NCBI GenBank assembly: GCA_044232865.1
Contig: JBIILC010000001.1
Span: forward strand, 11,652-75,651
DNA length: 64,000 bases
Source of the DNA: Opitutales bacterium
GTDB lineage: Bacteria > Verrucomicrobiota > Verrucomicrobiia > Opitutales > UBA953
Direction: 5' to 3'
Under the pieces are notes generated by a model that saw nothing but the letters and a program-made list of their open reading frames with translations, had not been told where the DNA came from and made no database searches. Shown piece by piece: positions 45,389 through 55,606 of the stretch (positions within the stretch are counted from its first letter, which is position 1; every line of letters starts with the position of its first letter). The position numbers and the translations under genes are program-made.

Positions 45389-45477
45389 GACGAAGACCCC
45401 GACTTCAAGGGCGGAGGCATGGAGAGTCAAAGGCAAAGGAGCCTGAAGCGGGTCGATGCTCGCCAAAAGGCCAATAA

Positions 45478-46248
45478 ATGCCCATTAATCAGCCCATGCG
45501 CCGCCTCGTCGCCCTCCTCCTGCTCTTGGCGGGCGCCATCTCTTCGCCGGCCCAGTGGCAAATTTTCGCGGAGAAACTGCCCAAGCCCGGCACCTGGGCA
45601 CGCTACCAGTACGAGACGATCCGCGACGGCAAGGTCGTCTCGAAATCCGAACTGAGCCTCTCGATCCGCTCCGGCGTGGACGTCGGCGGCAAACCGCACG
45701 TCTGGTTCACCGTCGAGCCGGTCGGCTGGTTGGGCTCGCGCGAACAGGCGCCGCTGCGCCTCCTCTTGAGCGCCGACATGGATCGTGAGCGCGCCGGCCG
45801 GCTGATCGAGAACTCGCACGAGATCGTCTTCTCCAATCCCGTCAAAGGAGCTTACCACATGACCCGCGAAGACATCGCTTGGGTTTCGAAGTGGGCGAAT
45901 CTCACTTACGCCAGCGAGCTGAGCGCAGATACCCCTGCACAGGAATCGCTCTCAGCCGCTGGCAAGACTTTCGCCTGCGAGCGCATGAAGATGCTCGCGA
46001 GCACGGTGACTGATCCGCCCGTGGTCCCGAAGCAGACCATCGAGTTCAAAGGGACCGTCTGGCGTTCCGACGCGACCCCCTTCGGTGTCGTGCGTGCGGA
46101 GTGGCTCGAGAAGACCACGAAGAAAGAGCGTAACCGCGAGGAGACCCGCCGCCTGACCTTGCTGGCCAGCGGCTGGGAGACCCCTCCAGCCGAGCCGGTC
46201 GACCGCGGCAAGGATTTCTCGGTCTGGCGCCTGATCTTCGGTCGCTGA
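45478..46248 (+). CDS. hypothetical secreted protein
   Basis: Signal MRRLVALLLLLAGAISSPAQ (an alternative start is ATG 45496). No recognisable domain. Confidence 0.5.
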   Translation: MPINQPMRRLVALLLLLAGAISSPAQWQIFAEKLPKPGTWARYQYETIRDGKVVSKSELSLSIRSGVDVGGKPHVWFTVEPVGWLGSREQAPLRLLLSADMDRERAGRLIENSHEIVFSNPVKGAYHMTREDIAWVSKWANLTYASELSADTPAQESLSAAGKTFACERMKMLASTVTDPPVVPKQTIEFKGTVWRSDATPFGVVRAEWLEKTTKKERNREETRRLTLLASGWETPPAEPVDRGKDFSVWRLIFGR

Positions 46249-46300
46249 GGCCTCAAAAGGACCAGCCCACCCGGGTTGAATCGGATGGGCTGGCGTTAAA

Positions 46301-46376
46301 TGGTGGCCTGAGTCGGAATCGAACCAACGACACGACGCTCTTCAGGCGTCTGCTCTACCAACTGAGCTATCAGGCC
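46301..46376 (-). tRNA. tRNA-Phe (anticodon GAA)
   Basis: Reverse complement ggcctga-ta-gctcagttggtagagc-a-gacgc-ctGAAga-gcgtc...ggttcgattcc...tcaggcc-a-cca. Confidence 0.9.
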
Positions 46377-46452
46377 AATTAACTGGACGTTCAGAAGGAC
46401 AAAGCCCCCCTTCCCTGTCAATCCGACAAGAAAGGGAGGCTTAAAAAGGCCT

Positions 46453-47697
46453 TCAGAAGCTGAATTTCCAAGCCGAGAGGCGACGTTCGACCTCAGCGAT
46501 GACTTCGCCTTCGCCGGCCTCGCCCTTATCGGAAACGAAGGTCACGGAGAAGCGGACGAACGAACCGCAATCATCCCAAGGCACGGTGGAGATAAGGTGC
46601 TCGGTGATCATCCACTGCGAGAAGGCTTCTCCGGACTCGAAGCTCACCGTGCCAGAAGGACCGGTGGCGGACTTCGGAGCGGGCATGTAGAGGAAGAAGC
46701 CGGCGCCAGGCTTACGGACCTGGAAGCCGAGCTGGGCGAGCACGCCGACGAGCTTGTCCATGCGGCGGGAATACTTGGCGGCGATAGCCTTCGGGATGGA
46801 GACTTCGTCCAGACCGGCGGCGCCGGCCTTCTGGATACCGAGGAACTGTCCCGAGTCGGAATTGTCCTTCACGTCGCCATAGGCGCGGACGAGCAGTGCG
46901 TTACCGGCGACGAAGCCGATGCGCCAGCCAGTCATATTGTGGCTCTTGGAGAGCGAGTGCAGCTCGAGGGCCACGTCCTTCGCGCCCGGGACCTGCAGAA
47001 TCGAGACCTGCTCGGCGCCGAAGTGGAGCGAGCCGTAGGCGGCGTCCTGGATGACGACGAGGTTGTGCTGCTTGGCGAAGGCGACGACTTCCTCGTAGAA
47101 CTTACGCGTAGCGCAGGCGCCGGTCGGGTTGTTCGGGTAGTTGAGGACGAGCACCTTGGCCTTGGCCAGGATGTCGGCCGGGATCGACTTCAAGTCGGGC
47201 AGGAAGTTGTTCTCGGCGGTGAGCTTCAGGTTGTGGACGAGGCCACCGTAATACTTGGCGTGAGTGCCGAACACGGGGTAACCCGGAACCGTCATGAGCA
47301 CGTAGTCGCCGGGATTGATGAGGCATCCCGGGAGGATTGAGAGAGCGGCCTTGGAGCCGATCGAGTGGAGGACTTCGGTATCGGCGTCGACCGTCACGCC
47401 GAAGAGGTTCTGCAGGTAGCGGGCGGCGGCCTGCTTGAAGTCCGTGCCACCGTTGTCTGAGTAGCCACGGTTCTCGGGCTTAGCGGCTTCGGCCTGGAGC
47501 GCTTTCACCACCATCGGGAAAGCCATCTCGTCGGGCTCGCCGACGCCGAGGTCGATGAGGGCGACATCCGGCTTGGCCTTCTTGGCGGCGGCCTTGGCGC
47601 GCTTGATTTTTTCGAACTTATAGATGGCGGTCGACTTGCCGTAATTGACGCCGCCGATGCGTTCGGCGAAGAGCTGCTGGATGTAAGAGTCGGACAT
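46453..47697 (-). CDS. class I/II PLP aminotransferase, probably LL-diaminopimelate aminotransferase (DapL-type)
   Basis: FAERIGGVNYGKSTAIYKFEKIKRAK...LIDLGVGEPD and SLSKSHNMTGWRIG (PLP lysine). Assigned by pattern, and because DapL is the usual route in PVC bacteria. Confidence 0.65.
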   Translation of the reverse strand: MSDSYIQQLFAERIGGVNYGKSTAIYKFEKIKRAKAAAKKAKPDVALIDLGVGEPDEMAFPMVVKALQAEAAKPENRGYSDNGGTDFKQAAARYLQNLFGVTVDADTEVLHSIGSKAALSILPGCLINPGDYVLMTVPGYPVFGTHAKYYGGLVHNLKLTAENNFLPDLKSIPADILAKAKVLVLNYPNNPTGACATRKFYEEVVAFAKQHNLVVIQDAAYGSLHFGAEQVSILQVPGAKDVALELHSLSKSHNMTGWRIGFVAGNALLVRAYGDVKDNSDSGQFLGIQKAGAAGLDEVSIPKAIAAKYSRRMDKLVGVLAQLGFQVRKPGAGFFLYMPAPKSATGPSGTVSFESGEAFSQWMITEHLISTVPWDDCGSFVRFSVTFVSDKGEAGEGEVIAEVERRLSAWKFSF

Positions 47698-47793
47698 AGT
47701 GATAAGGCCCTAAAAAGAAGGGGAAGACGGCCAATGGCAAGCGGACTCCGTCCGAGGGCTTGCCACCCGTGAATCGACGATAAAAATGCCTCC

Positions 47794-48297
47794 ATGGAAC
47801 CCAGCCTTGAAGACCTGGCCCGCGAGCGGCGTGAAAGGTGTAACCCGGGATTCCCTTGGCGACTCATCGGCCTCATCGCCCTCTGCCTAGCCATCGGCGG
47901 GCTCGGCTCGGCTGCCACGATGCCCGAAATCAAGGGCTGGCATGCCGGCCTCATCAAGCCGCCCTTCAATCCGCCTAACTGGATCTTCGGCCCGGTCTGG
48001 TCGACACTCTACGTCCTTATGGCCTGTTCAGCTAACGCCGCGTGGACCGACCGCCTGGCCCGCCGGACGTTCTTCATCATCCTGCTCGTGAACTCGCTCT
48101 GGTCGCTGCTCTTCTTCGGGATGCATCACCCAGACCTCGCGCTGATTGATATCCTCGGCTACCTCATCCTACTCATCATCTGGATTCGCCAGCTCTGGCC
48201 GCAGCATCGCGTCGCCGCCCTACTCCAACTTCCGCACCTGCTCTGGGTCAGCTTCGCCACCGCGCTCAACGCGAGTATCTGGTGGCTCAATAAATAA
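47794..48297 (+). CDS. tspO: TspO/MBR family tryptophan-rich sensory protein
   Basis: WHAGLIKPPFNPPNWIFGPVWSTLYVLMA ... WSLLFFG ... LLWVSFATALN. Confidence 0.85.
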   Translation: MEPSLEDLARERRERCNPGFPWRLIGLIALCLAIGGLGSAATMPEIKGWHAGLIKPPFNPPNWIFGPVWSTLYVLMACSANAAWTDRLARRTFFIILLVNSLWSLLFFGMHHPDLALIDILGYLILLIIWIRQLWPQHRVAALLQLPHLLWVSFATALNASIWWLNK

Positions 48298-48320
48298 AAA
48301 GGCCCCGGAACCCGGGGCCT
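48296..48320. terminator. bidirectional terminator between tspO and the convergent sugar operon
   Basis: aaaaa-ggccccgg-aac-ccggggcc-ttcgtg. On the minus strand the hairpin is followed by tttttatttatt. Confidence 0.65.
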
Positions 48321-48342
48321 TCGTGACGGACTGACGCGAGAC

Positions 48343-49512
48343 TTAGTCGGCGAGCTTGGTCCAGCGGGCGTTGCCCTTGGAAGACTTCACTGCGGCCTCG
48401 ATGAAAGCCATGCCGGTGACGCCGTCGTCGATCGACGGGAAGTCGTAACCGCCCTTCGGAGCCTTGCGGCCTTCGAGACGGTCAGTGATGGCTTCCGCGG
48501 CGGCGCGATAGATGTTCGCGAAGGCTTCGATGAACGCTTCCGGATGGCCGAAAGGCGTACGGCTATACTTCTTGCAGGCGTCGCCGTTGTAAGAGTTGCC
48601 ACGACGGTGCGTCTGGCGGGGCTGGTCGAGGTACTTCACAATCAGCTCGTTCGGATGCTCTTGGTGCCACTCGAGAGAAGCCAAGGTGCCGTAGACGCGG
48701 ATGTTCAGGTTATTCTCGTCGCCAGTGGAGATCTGCGAGGCGTGCAGGACGCCCTTCGCGCCGCCCTTGTAGCGGACGAGCATATTGGCGTCATCATCAA
48801 GCAGACGGCCCGGGATATAGGTGCTGAGGTCGGCGGCGATCTCTGCGATTTCGAGACCGGTGACATACTGGACGAGGTTCTCGGCGTGAGTGCCGATGTC
48901 GCCGACGCAGTTCGAGACGCCGGAGCAGTTCGGATCCATGCGCCAGTTGGCAATCTTCTGGATCTTGCCGGACTGCAGGGCGCCCATGGCGTAACCCTGC
49001 GGGTATTCGACCAGGACCTTGTTGATTTTACCGAGTTTACCGGCGGCCACGAAGTCGCGGGCTTCCTTGACCATCGGGTAGCCGGTGTAGTTATGGAGCA
49101 GCGCGAAGACCAAGCCGCTCTTCTTGACGACGGCGCGGAGCTTCTTGCCCTCGGCGAGGGAGAACGCCAGGGGCTTCTCGCAGATCACGTGAATGCCGGC
49201 CTCAAGGAAGGCCTTGGCTACGGGATAGTGCAGGTCATTGCGGGCGACGATCGACACGAAGTCGATACGGTCGCCCAGCGGGCGCTTGGCCTCAGCCTTG
49301 GCCATCTCGGCGTACGAAGCGTACACGCGGGCGGGATCGAGGCAGAAGTCCTGGCCGGACAGGCGAGACTTCTCGGGATCCGAGGAGAACGCGCCAGCGA
49401 CGAGGTCAATCTTGCCGTCGAGGGCCGCGGCCATGCGATGCACGCCGCCGATGAAGGCGCCGCGACCGCCGCCGACCATGCCCATGCGGAGTTTGCGATT
49501 AAGGGATTCCAT
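48343..49512 (-). CDS. Gfo/Idh/MocA family oxidoreductase
   Basis: Rossmann N-terminus LRMGMVGGGRGAFIGGVH and the EKP motif (VICEKPLA). Confidence 0.85.
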   Translation of the reverse strand: MESLNRKLRMGMVGGGRGAFIGGVHRMAAALDGKIDLVAGAFSSDPEKSRLSGQDFCLDPARVYASYAEMAKAEAKRPLGDRIDFVSIVARNDLHYPVAKAFLEAGIHVICEKPLAFSLAEGKKLRAVVKKSGLVFALLHNYTGYPMVKEARDFVAAGKLGKINKVLVEYPQGYAMGALQSGKIQKIANWRMDPNCSGVSNCVGDIGTHAENLVQYVTGLEIAEIAADLSTYIPGRLLDDDANMLVRYKGGAKGVLHASQISTGDENNLNIRVYGTLASLEWHQEHPNELIVKYLDQPRQTHRRGNSYNGDACKKYSRTPFGHPEAFIEAFANIYRAAAEAITDRLEGRKAPKGGYDFPSIDDGVTGMAFIEAAVKSSKGNARWTKLAD

Positions 49513-49523
49513 AGGTGTGTTGA

Positions 49524-50606
49524 TCAGAGGGAGACGGGCTTGCCGGACTTCGCGGAAGCGTAGATGGCGTCGATGACCTGCATCAGGCGGTAGGCCTGCT
49601 CAGGCGTGTTCAGCGGCTTCGCGCGGCCTTCGATAGCCTCGATGAAGTTCGCGGCGGAAGCGATGCGGCCCATGTCTTCGCACGCCGGCGTGACGATAGA
49701 GCGGTTCACACTGTTGCCGTTTTCCTGGACGTAGAGCTCACAGGTATCGATCGCGGTGTTGTCGAGGCCGTCGATGCCGAAGAGGCGCTCGACCTTGCCG
49801 CCGGCCTTGGTGCCCTGGAAGACGACGGAGACTTCCTCGCGCTTGATCATCTCGGCCCAGGAGACCTGCAGGGTCAGCACCTGGCCGGTCTTGAAGGTCA
49901 CGAAGCCGTGCGCGGCGTTCTCGACGTCGGTGACGCCACCGACGCGGTCCGGGATGCCCCATGGGCCTTTGAAGGACTTATCTTCGATAAAGTCGTTGAA
50001 GGTCTGGCCGAGGACGTGCGCCGGCTCGGGGTAACCCATCAAATACATCGCGAGGTCGACCATGTGCAGGAGGTCGATGAGCGGACCGCCACCGGAGAGC
50101 TCTTTAGTGGTGAACCAACCGCCGAAGCCCGGGATGCCGGTGCGACGGATCCACTTCGCCTGCGCGGAGTTGATCTTACCGACCTGACCCTGCTCAACGT
50201 ACTTCATCATCGCCTGCGACTCAGGGCGGGCGCGGTTGTTGAAATTGAACATCACGTGCTTACCCGACTTCTTGGAAGCGGCGGTGATCTCGAGGACCTC
50301 GGGAGCGCTGAGCGCCGGCGGCTTTTCGCAGAACACGTGCTTACCCGCGTTGAGGCACTGGATGGCGAGCGCTGCGTGGTACTTGTTCGGGACGATAACG
50401 CTGACGGCGTCGAGGTCCTTATGGGCCGCGAGCATGGCGTCCACAGAATCGTAGGCATGCGGAATACCCCACTTCGTAGCGGCCTTCTGGGCAGCGCCCG
50501 GCGCGGGGTCCGCGACGGCGATGATTTCCGCGCCGGCCTGCTTGAAGCCGGCGGCGTGGTATTGGAGCATGCCACCCGCTCCGATGACGCCTACTTTGGT
50601 TGCCAT
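49524..50606 (-). CDS. Gfo/Idh/MocA family oxidoreductase
   Basis: From ATG 50606: MATKVGVIGAGGMLQYHAAGF and VFCEKPPA. The Arg-rich N-terminal extension of the track ORF is rejected. Confidence 0.85.
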   Translation of the reverse strand: MATKVGVIGAGGMLQYHAAGFKQAGAEIIAVADPAPGAAQKAATKWGIPHAYDSVDAMLAAHKDLDAVSVIVPNKYHAALAIQCLNAGKHVFCEKPPALSAPEVLEITAASKKSGKHVMFNFNNRARPESQAMMKYVEQGQVGKINSAQAKWIRRTGIPGFGGWFTTKELSGGGPLIDLLHMVDLAMYLMGYPEPAHVLGQTFNDFIEDKSFKGPWGIPDRVGGVTDVENAAHGFVTFKTGQVLTLQVSWAEMIKREEVSVVFQGTKAGGKVERLFGIDGLDNTAIDTCELYVQENGNSVNRSIVTPACEDMGRIASAANFIEAIEGRAKPLNTPEQAYRLMQVIDAIYASAKSGKPVSL

Positions 50607-50626
50607 GAGATTGTTCGGTGAGGGGG

Positions 50627-51688
50627 TTACTTGCCCTGGGCGGACTTGTCGAAGGCGGCGTCGAAGGCGACCTTGTTGCTCGGGAAGTCGAGCTTCTTGA
50701 CGTAGGCGGCCGATTCGGCGGCGCCGAAGAAGCGATCCATGCGGCCGTCTTCCCATTCGACGGAGAGCGGGCCAGCGTAGCCGACGTCATTGAGGGCGAC
50801 GATGACGTCCTCGAACTTGATATCGCCGCGGCCGACGGAGCGGAAATCCCAGGCGCGACGGGGGTCGCAGAAATCAGTGTGGCCACCGAACACGCCGACA
50901 GTGCCGTCGCCGTGACCCCACCAGACGTCCTTCATGTGGGCGTGGTGGATCTGCTTACCGAAGGTGCGGATGAATTTCACGTAGTCGACGCCCTGGTAGC
51001 CGAGGTGGCTCGGGTCGTAGTTGAAGCCGAATCGCTTGTGGTTGCCGACGGCGTCGAGCGCGCGCTGGGCGGAGGCGATGTCGAAGGCGATTTCGGTCGG
51101 GTGCACTTCGAGGCCGAAGTAGACGTCGTTCTTCTCGAAGACCTCGAGGATAGGCTTCCAGCGCTTGGCGAAGTCGTCGTAACCCTTCTGCAGATAGGCC
51201 TGGTTGGTGGGCGGGAAGGCGTAGATCGCGTGCCAGATGGAAGAACCCGTGAAACCGTTGACGACGGTCTTGCCGGAACCCTTCGACTTATTGGCCATAT
51301 ACGACTTGCCGGCGTCGAAGAATTTGCGAGCGGCCTGGGCGGTCAAGGCCATCTCGGCGCAAGCGCGCTGGCGGACGCCTTCCGGATTACCATCACCCCA
51401 AACGTGGGCGGGCAGGATGCACTGGTGGCGCTCGTCGATGTTATCGCAGGTAGCCTGGCCGACGAGGTGCGAGGAGATCGCCCAGCAACCGAGGTCATGC
51501 TTCTTCAGGAGTTCCCAGATGGATTCGACGTAGCCCTTCTCGTTGACGGCGCGGACGACATCGAAGTGGTCGCCCCAACAGGCGAGCTCGACGCCTTCGT
51601 AGCCCATGGCTTTTACCTTGGGGAGAAGCTCGGCGATTTTAAGGTCGGCCCACTGGCCGGTGAAGAGGGTAACAGGGCGCTGTGACAT
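50627..51688 (-). CDS. sugar phosphate isomerase/epimerase (xylose-isomerase-like TIM barrel)
   Basis: From ATG 51688: [46 protein letters not shown]-barrel family that is commonly paired with Gfo oxidoreductases. Confidence 0.78.
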   Translation of the reverse strand: MSQRPVTLFTGQWADLKIAELLPKVKAMGYEGVELACWGDHFDVVRAVNEKGYVESIWELLKKHDLGCWAISSHLVGQATCDNIDERHQCILPAHVWGDGNPEGVRQRACAEMALTAQAARKFFDAGKSYMANKSKGSGKTVVNGFTGSSIWHAIYAFPPTNQAYLQKGYDDFAKRWKPILEVFEKNDVYFGLEVHPTEIAFDIASAQRALDAVGNHKRFGFNYDPSHLGYQGVDYVKFIRTFGKQIHHAHMKDVWWGHGDGTVGVFGGHTDFCDPRRAWDFRSVGRGDIKFEDVIVALNDVGYAGPLSVEWEDGRMDRFFGAAESAAYVKKLDFPSNKVAFDAAFDKSAQGK

Positions 51689-51765
51689 GGTGAGTAGGGG
51701 TGAGTCCCCACTGTCAGCCAATCACCCCACTTTGTTCAAGTGGGCAATGCTCACAGACCCCCAAT

Positions 51766-53301
51766 TTATGCCTTACGCGACAGCGATTGGCCCAGTTCGG
51801 CCTCCAGCTTGTCGTAGGCCGCCCGGAGGGCCGGGTTCGGCTGGACGACACCTGGGGCGGGAGCACAGAAAACAGGCTCCAGATCGGCCATCTTGGCCCC
51901 GCAAGCCCCCTCGGCCGCACGGAGGGCAGCACCCAAGGCGGCGGAATCGGAGACGGCCAGACGGAGTACCGGGGCACCGAAGACGTCGGCGAAGATTTTG
52001 GCGACAGAGGGATTCTCGGAAGCGCCGCCGGTAAGGAGCAGCTGCGTGGTCGGGGTGCCGACCCAGCGGCTATGCAAACGGAGGCTGAGGGCCTGGCCTT
52101 CGACGGCGGCGCGAGGAAGCGAGGCCCGGGTGGTGGCGGCTCCGAGGGAGATGCGGCCAGCGGGACGGCGCGGGGTGATCTCGGGCTCTTCCATCGGAAG
52201 CACGGCGGAGACGGCGGCGGGAGAGGCGTCGACGGCAGCGGAGAAAGCAACCCAATCGGCGTGGCCGCATTCGCGACGAATCGCTTCACGGGCGAGCGAG
52301 CCGTTGCGGACGCAGACGAGGCTCATGCTACCGCCCATCGGATTACCGAAAGCGTGGCCGAGGCCGGCGGAGTCGGTGCGGATGCCTTCAATCGCGGCGA
52401 AGAGTGTATCGCTGGTGCCGAGGCTGATGACGACCTTGCCGGGCTTCGAAGCGCCCATGCCGACGAGGCTGGAAGGATTATCGCCCGTGCCGATGACGAC
52501 CTGGCACTTCGGCGAGAAGCCGTGACGAGCGACGAAGTAAGCGGAGATACCGCCGGCGACGGTCGAACCAGGGCGGACGGGCGGAAGCTTGGCGGCGAGA
52601 TCGGGAGCGGTCGCGGCCAGAGCGGCCGGAGCCCAATCGCCCTTGCGGATATCCATCAGGTTCATGCCCGCGCCGTCACCCGTGTCGATCGCGGCATCCT
52701 TGCCGGCGAGCACCGAGGCGAAGAAGGAAGAGACCAGGTGGACGCGCTTGGTCTTGGCCCAGGCGGCGGGTTCAAGCTTGGCGAAGCGGCGAATCTGCGG
52801 GCCGGTGAAGCGCTGCGTGGCCACGGAGCCGGTGAGATCGCAGACAGCCTGATCACCGCCAAGGGTAGCAGCAATTTCCGCGCATTCGGCGGCGGTGGAC
52901 GAGTCCATCCAGATCGGCGAGGAGCGACGAGAGAGGACTGGCGAAATCTTGGCGGACAGCGATGTGGCGCGATTTCCGTCGGCGAGCGCGGCTTCGTAGC
53001 CGGCGGCGAGGTACACGCTGCCGTGCTGCTGGCCGGAGACCGAGACCGCGTCGACCTGCGAGAGATCGGTCAGCTTAGCGAGGCGGTCGAGCGCGAGCTC
53101 AAGGCCATCCAGCCAGAGGAGCGGATCGGCGTGCACTTCGCCGCCCTGCCCTCCGCGGATAAATCCTTCCGGATGTCCGCGGTCAGGGAAGTCGGCGCCG
53201 AACGCCGCGCGGGCGCGGGCGACCGTCGTGCCTTTCGCCGTATCCAGCACGAGCGCCGTTGCGCTCTGCGTGGACAGGTCAAGACCCAGGACGATCGCCA
53301 T
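51766..53301 (-). CDS. xylB: xylulokinase (FGGY carbohydrate kinase)
   Basis: MAIVLGLDLSTQSATALVLD, C-terminal FGGY motif LLLTGGASENPSVAKIFADVFG, and position directly downstream of xylA. Confidence 0.82.
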   Translation of the reverse strand: MAIVLGLDLSTQSATALVLDTAKGTTVARARAAFGADFPDRGHPEGFIRGGQGGEVHADPLLWLDGLELALDRLAKLTDLSQVDAVSVSGQQHGSVYLAAGYEAALADGNRATSLSAKISPVLSRRSSPIWMDSSTAAECAEIAATLGGDQAVCDLTGSVATQRFTGPQIRRFAKLEPAAWAKTKRVHLVSSFFASVLAGKDAAIDTGDGAGMNLMDIRKGDWAPAALAATAPDLAAKLPPVRPGSTVAGGISAYFVARHGFSPKCQVVIGTGDNPSSLVGMGASKPGKVVISLGTSDTLFAAIEGIRTDSAGLGHAFGNPMGGSMSLVCVRNGSLAREAIRRECGHADWVAFSAAVDASPAAVSAVLPMEEPEITPRRPAGRISLGAATTRASLPRAAVEGQALSLRLHSRWVGTPTTQLLLTGGASENPSVAKIFADVFGAPVLRLAVSDSAALGAALRAAEGACGAKMADLEPVFCAPAPGVVQPNPALRAAYDKLEAELGQSLSRKA

Positions 53302-53305
53302 AGCC

Positions 53306-54616
53306 TCAGCGGATGTACTCGTTGATCAGGTTCTCGAGCATCTCCTGGCGGCCAGACGCAAGCGTCGGCGCCTTGATGCCCTGGGCGTAGGCGTCGAGCT
53401 GGGCGAGGGTGGCCTTGCCGGATTCGACCTTCTTGCCGATACCGCTGTCCCAGGAGGCGTAGCGATTGGAAACAAACTTATCCATCTTGCCGTCCTTGAT
53501 GATGGCGTGGGCGATCTTGAGGCCGCGGGCGAAGGCGTCCATGCCACCGATGTGGGCGTGGAAGAGGTCGACGGGCTCGTGCGATTCGCGACGACGCTTG
53601 GCATCAAAGTTAAGGCCGCCCTTGGTGAGGCCACCCATCTTGAGGATGCGCAGCATGATGTTCGTCGTGAGGTAGAGGTCGGTCGGGAACTGGTCGGTAT
53701 CCCAGCCCACAAGCGTATCACCGCGGTTGGCATCGACCGAGCCAAGGGCGTTCGCGCCGATCGAGACTTCCATCTCATGCTCCATCGTGTGACCAGCGAG
53801 CGTGGCGTGGTTGGTCTCGAGGTTCAGCTTGAAGTGCTTCAGGAGCCCGTATTCGCGGAGGAAGTTAAGGCAGGCGGCCGCATCGGAATCGTACTGGTGG
53901 GTCGAGGGTTCGCGCGGCTTGGGCTCGATCAGGAACTGGCCCTTGAAGCCGATTTTCTTCGCATGATCGACGGCGAGGTGCAGGAGCGCGGCAAGGTGGT
54001 CGAGCTCGCGCTTCATGTCGGTGTTGATCAGCGTGGCGTAGCCTTCGCGGCCGCCCCAGAAGACGTAACCTTCACCGCCGAGGGCCTTGGTGGCTTCAAG
54101 CGCGTGACGGACCTGGCTGGCGCCGTAGGCAAACACATCGGCATTGGGCGAGGTGCCCGCGCCCTGCGCGTAGCGAGGGTGGGAGAAGAGACAAGCGGTG
54201 CCCCAGAGGAGCTTCTTGCCGGTGCCCTTTTGAAAAGCCTTCAGTTCTTTGGTGATGCGGTCGAGGTTCGCATGCGTCTCAGTGAGGGTCTTGCCTTCAG
54301 GAGAGATGTCGCGGTCGTGGAAGCAGTAGAAGTCGATCTGGCACTTCTGGAGGAACTCAAAGAAGACCGGGATGCGGCGGAGAGCGTTGTCGAGGGAATC
54401 GGAGCCATCATCCCAAGGCATGAGGGCGGTGCCGGCGCCGAACGGGTCGGAGAGGCTGTTGCGCATCACGTGCCAGTAGGCCGCAGCGAAGCGCATGTGA
54501 TCCTTCATCTTCTTCCCGCCGATCTTCTCGTCCGGGTTGTAGTGCTTGAAGGCGAACGGGTTCTTGGACTTCGATCCTTCGAACTCGATGACTGGGACAT
54601 TAGGGAAGTGCGACAT
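53306..54616 (-). CDS. xylA: xylose isomerase
   Basis: [19 protein letters not shown]...[35 protein letters not shown]. Confidence 0.95.
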   Translation of the reverse strand: MSHFPNVPVIEFEGSKSKNPFAFKHYNPDEKIGGKKMKDHMRFAAAYWHVMRNSLSDPFGAGTALMPWDDGSDSLDNALRRIPVFFEFLQKCQIDFYCFHDRDISPEGKTLTETHANLDRITKELKAFQKGTGKKLLWGTACLFSHPRYAQGAGTSPNADVFAYGASQVRHALEATKALGGEGYVFWGGREGYATLINTDMKRELDHLAALLHLAVDHAKKIGFKGQFLIEPKPREPSTHQYDSDAAACLNFLREYGLLKHFKLNLETNHATLAGHTMEHEMEVSIGANALGSVDANRGDTLVGWDTDQFPTDLYLTTNIMLRILKMGGLTKGGLNFDAKRRRESHEPVDLFHAHIGGMDAFARGLKIAHAIIKDGKMDKFVSNRYASWDSGIGKKVESGKATLAQLDAYAQGIKAPTLASGRQEMLENLINEYIR

Positions 54617-54763
54617 GACTTATAGGAGGGAGGCTTCTGACATTGGAGTCCGCCCCCTTGCTGCCAAGAAAGGAATGGGGTCGGTCTATGAACAAAACGA
54701 CAGGCAGGGAGTCCGCATACAACTGCGCCTTGCGCCTTTGCTAGACCTGCCTAGGGTGGCGGC

Positions 54764-55606
54764 ATGGAGGTCGTCCACACCATCCCCGAACTGCGTGCCG
54801 CAGTCGCCCGGGCCCGTCAGGCCGGCAAGGCCATCGGGTTCGTGCCGACAATGGGCTGCCTCCATGAAGGCCACCTTAGCCTGATTCGGCGGGCCAAGCA
54901 GGAGGCTGCCTTCGTCGTGGTGTCCATCTTCGTGAACCCGACTCAGTTTGGCCCCAACGAGGACTTTTCCAAATACCCGCGGACCTTCGCGGAAGATCGC
55001 GCCGGCTGCGAAGCCGCGGGCGCCAGCCTGATTTTCGCACCCGCCGCCGCAGACTTCTACCCGGCCGGCGCTTCAACCTGGGTGGACGTCGAAGGTATCT
55101 CCGCCAAGCTCTGCGGTGAATTCCGCCCGGGGCACTTCCGCGGCGTCGCTACCGTCGTCGCGATGCTCTTCAACGCCGCGCAGGCGGATGTCGCCGTCTT
55201 CGGACGCAAGGACCTCCAACAGCTCGCGGTGATCCGCCGCATGGTCCGTGACCTGCATATGCCAATCCGCATCCTCGCGCACGAGACCGTCCGTGAGCCT
55301 AACGGTGTGGCGATGAGCTCACGTAACCGTTATCTCTCCGCTGAACAGTTGACACAGGCGACCGCCATCCCTGCCGCGATGGCCGCAGCTAAGGCGCTCG
55401 CCCAAGCCGGCGTCAGCGATGCCGCTCGCCTGCGGGACGCCGCGCATGCCGTCCTGGCCACCCAGCCCGCGCTGAAGCTTCAGTACTGCGAGATTGTCGA
55501 TCTTGAGACGATGGCGCCCGTCGCCTCGACCACAGGATTTAAGTGCGCCATCGCGATCGCCTGCCATCTGGGCGCGACGCGCCTGATTGACAACGCCGAC
55601 CTTTAA
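54764..55606 (+). CDS. panC: pantoate--beta-alanine ligase
   Basis: GFVPTMGCLHEGHLSLIRRAK, SIFVNPTQFGPNEDF, FRPGHFRGVATVV. Confidence 0.93.
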   Translation: MEVVHTIPELRAAVARARQAGKAIGFVPTMGCLHEGHLSLIRRAKQEAAFVVVSIFVNPTQFGPNEDFSKYPRTFAEDRAGCEAAGASLIFAPAAADFYPAGASTWVDVEGISAKLCGEFRPGHFRGVATVVAMLFNAAQADVAVFGRKDLQQLAVIRRMVRDLHMPIRILAHETVREPNGVAMSSRNRYLSAEQLTQATAIPAAMAAAKALAQAGVSDAARLRDAAHAVLATQPALKLQYCEIVDLETMAPVASTTGFKCAIAIACHLGATRLIDNADL

